From assembly GCA_013265495.1 (NCBI GenBank), contig MU058781.1, positions 1,034,963 to 1,098,962 of the forward strand: a stretch of DNA of 64,000 bases. The letters are read 5' to 3'. This DNA comes from Vicugna vicugna. Taxonomy: Eukaryota. Of this stretch, positions 63,791 to 64,000 are shown piece after piece. Under the pieces are notes generated by a model. That model searched no databases, was not told the origin of the DNA, and saw only the letters and a program-made list of their open reading frames with translations. How positions within the stretch are numbered: the stretch's first letter is position 1; every line of letters begins with the position of its first letter. A program made the position numbers and the translations under genes.

Positions 63791-64000
63791 TGTGTCTTTA
63801 ATAAGCAAAATTAATTCAAAGCTAGAAACTAAGAGAGAGATGTTTCTATTTCCCCAAGTTCAGCATTCAATCCTAGTCCAAAAGGAGGCTTCCTGGGGCC
63901 TGGGTTGCTGAAGAATGAGGCCAACTGGTCATCCTATTTGTCTTCAACTCAACCAGCTAGTGAAGAAGGCATTAATCACCTCAAGCTGATGGTGACTCTG

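Overview
Mammalian genomic DNA, AT-rich and repeat-rich. Two tRNA-derived SINEs resembling camelid Vic-1 suggest a camel, alpaca or llama. The main gene is the 5' part of OFCC1 (orofacial cleft 1 candidate 1, orthologue of fish ojoplano) on the minus strand. Five exons (35902-35913, 33003-33069, 32531-32707, 17750-17836, 13421-13569) splice in frame through GT-AG introns to give 164 codons, including the NPAF motif. I could not extend the frame past 13421, and any further exons probably lie left of position 1. There are three CpG-rich islands, at about 13.4, 36.1-36.5 and 56.0-56.45 kb. The 56 kb island has CRE, NRF1 and CCAAT motifs and precedes a chain of minus-strand exon-like segments with no long ORF. 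The rest is L1, L2, MIR, MaLR/ERVL LTRs, DNA-transposon relics, microsatellites and a 30-bp minisatellite. The most notable observations are an OFCC1 coding exon that sits in a sharp CpG island with a Gly/Ala/Arg shift, possible decay of OFCC1 downstream, a CpG-island-driven spliced leader or lncRNA, and a diverged ~200-bp local duplication. I found no clearly novel multi-gene system. Protein and repeat family assignments come from recall, not database searches.
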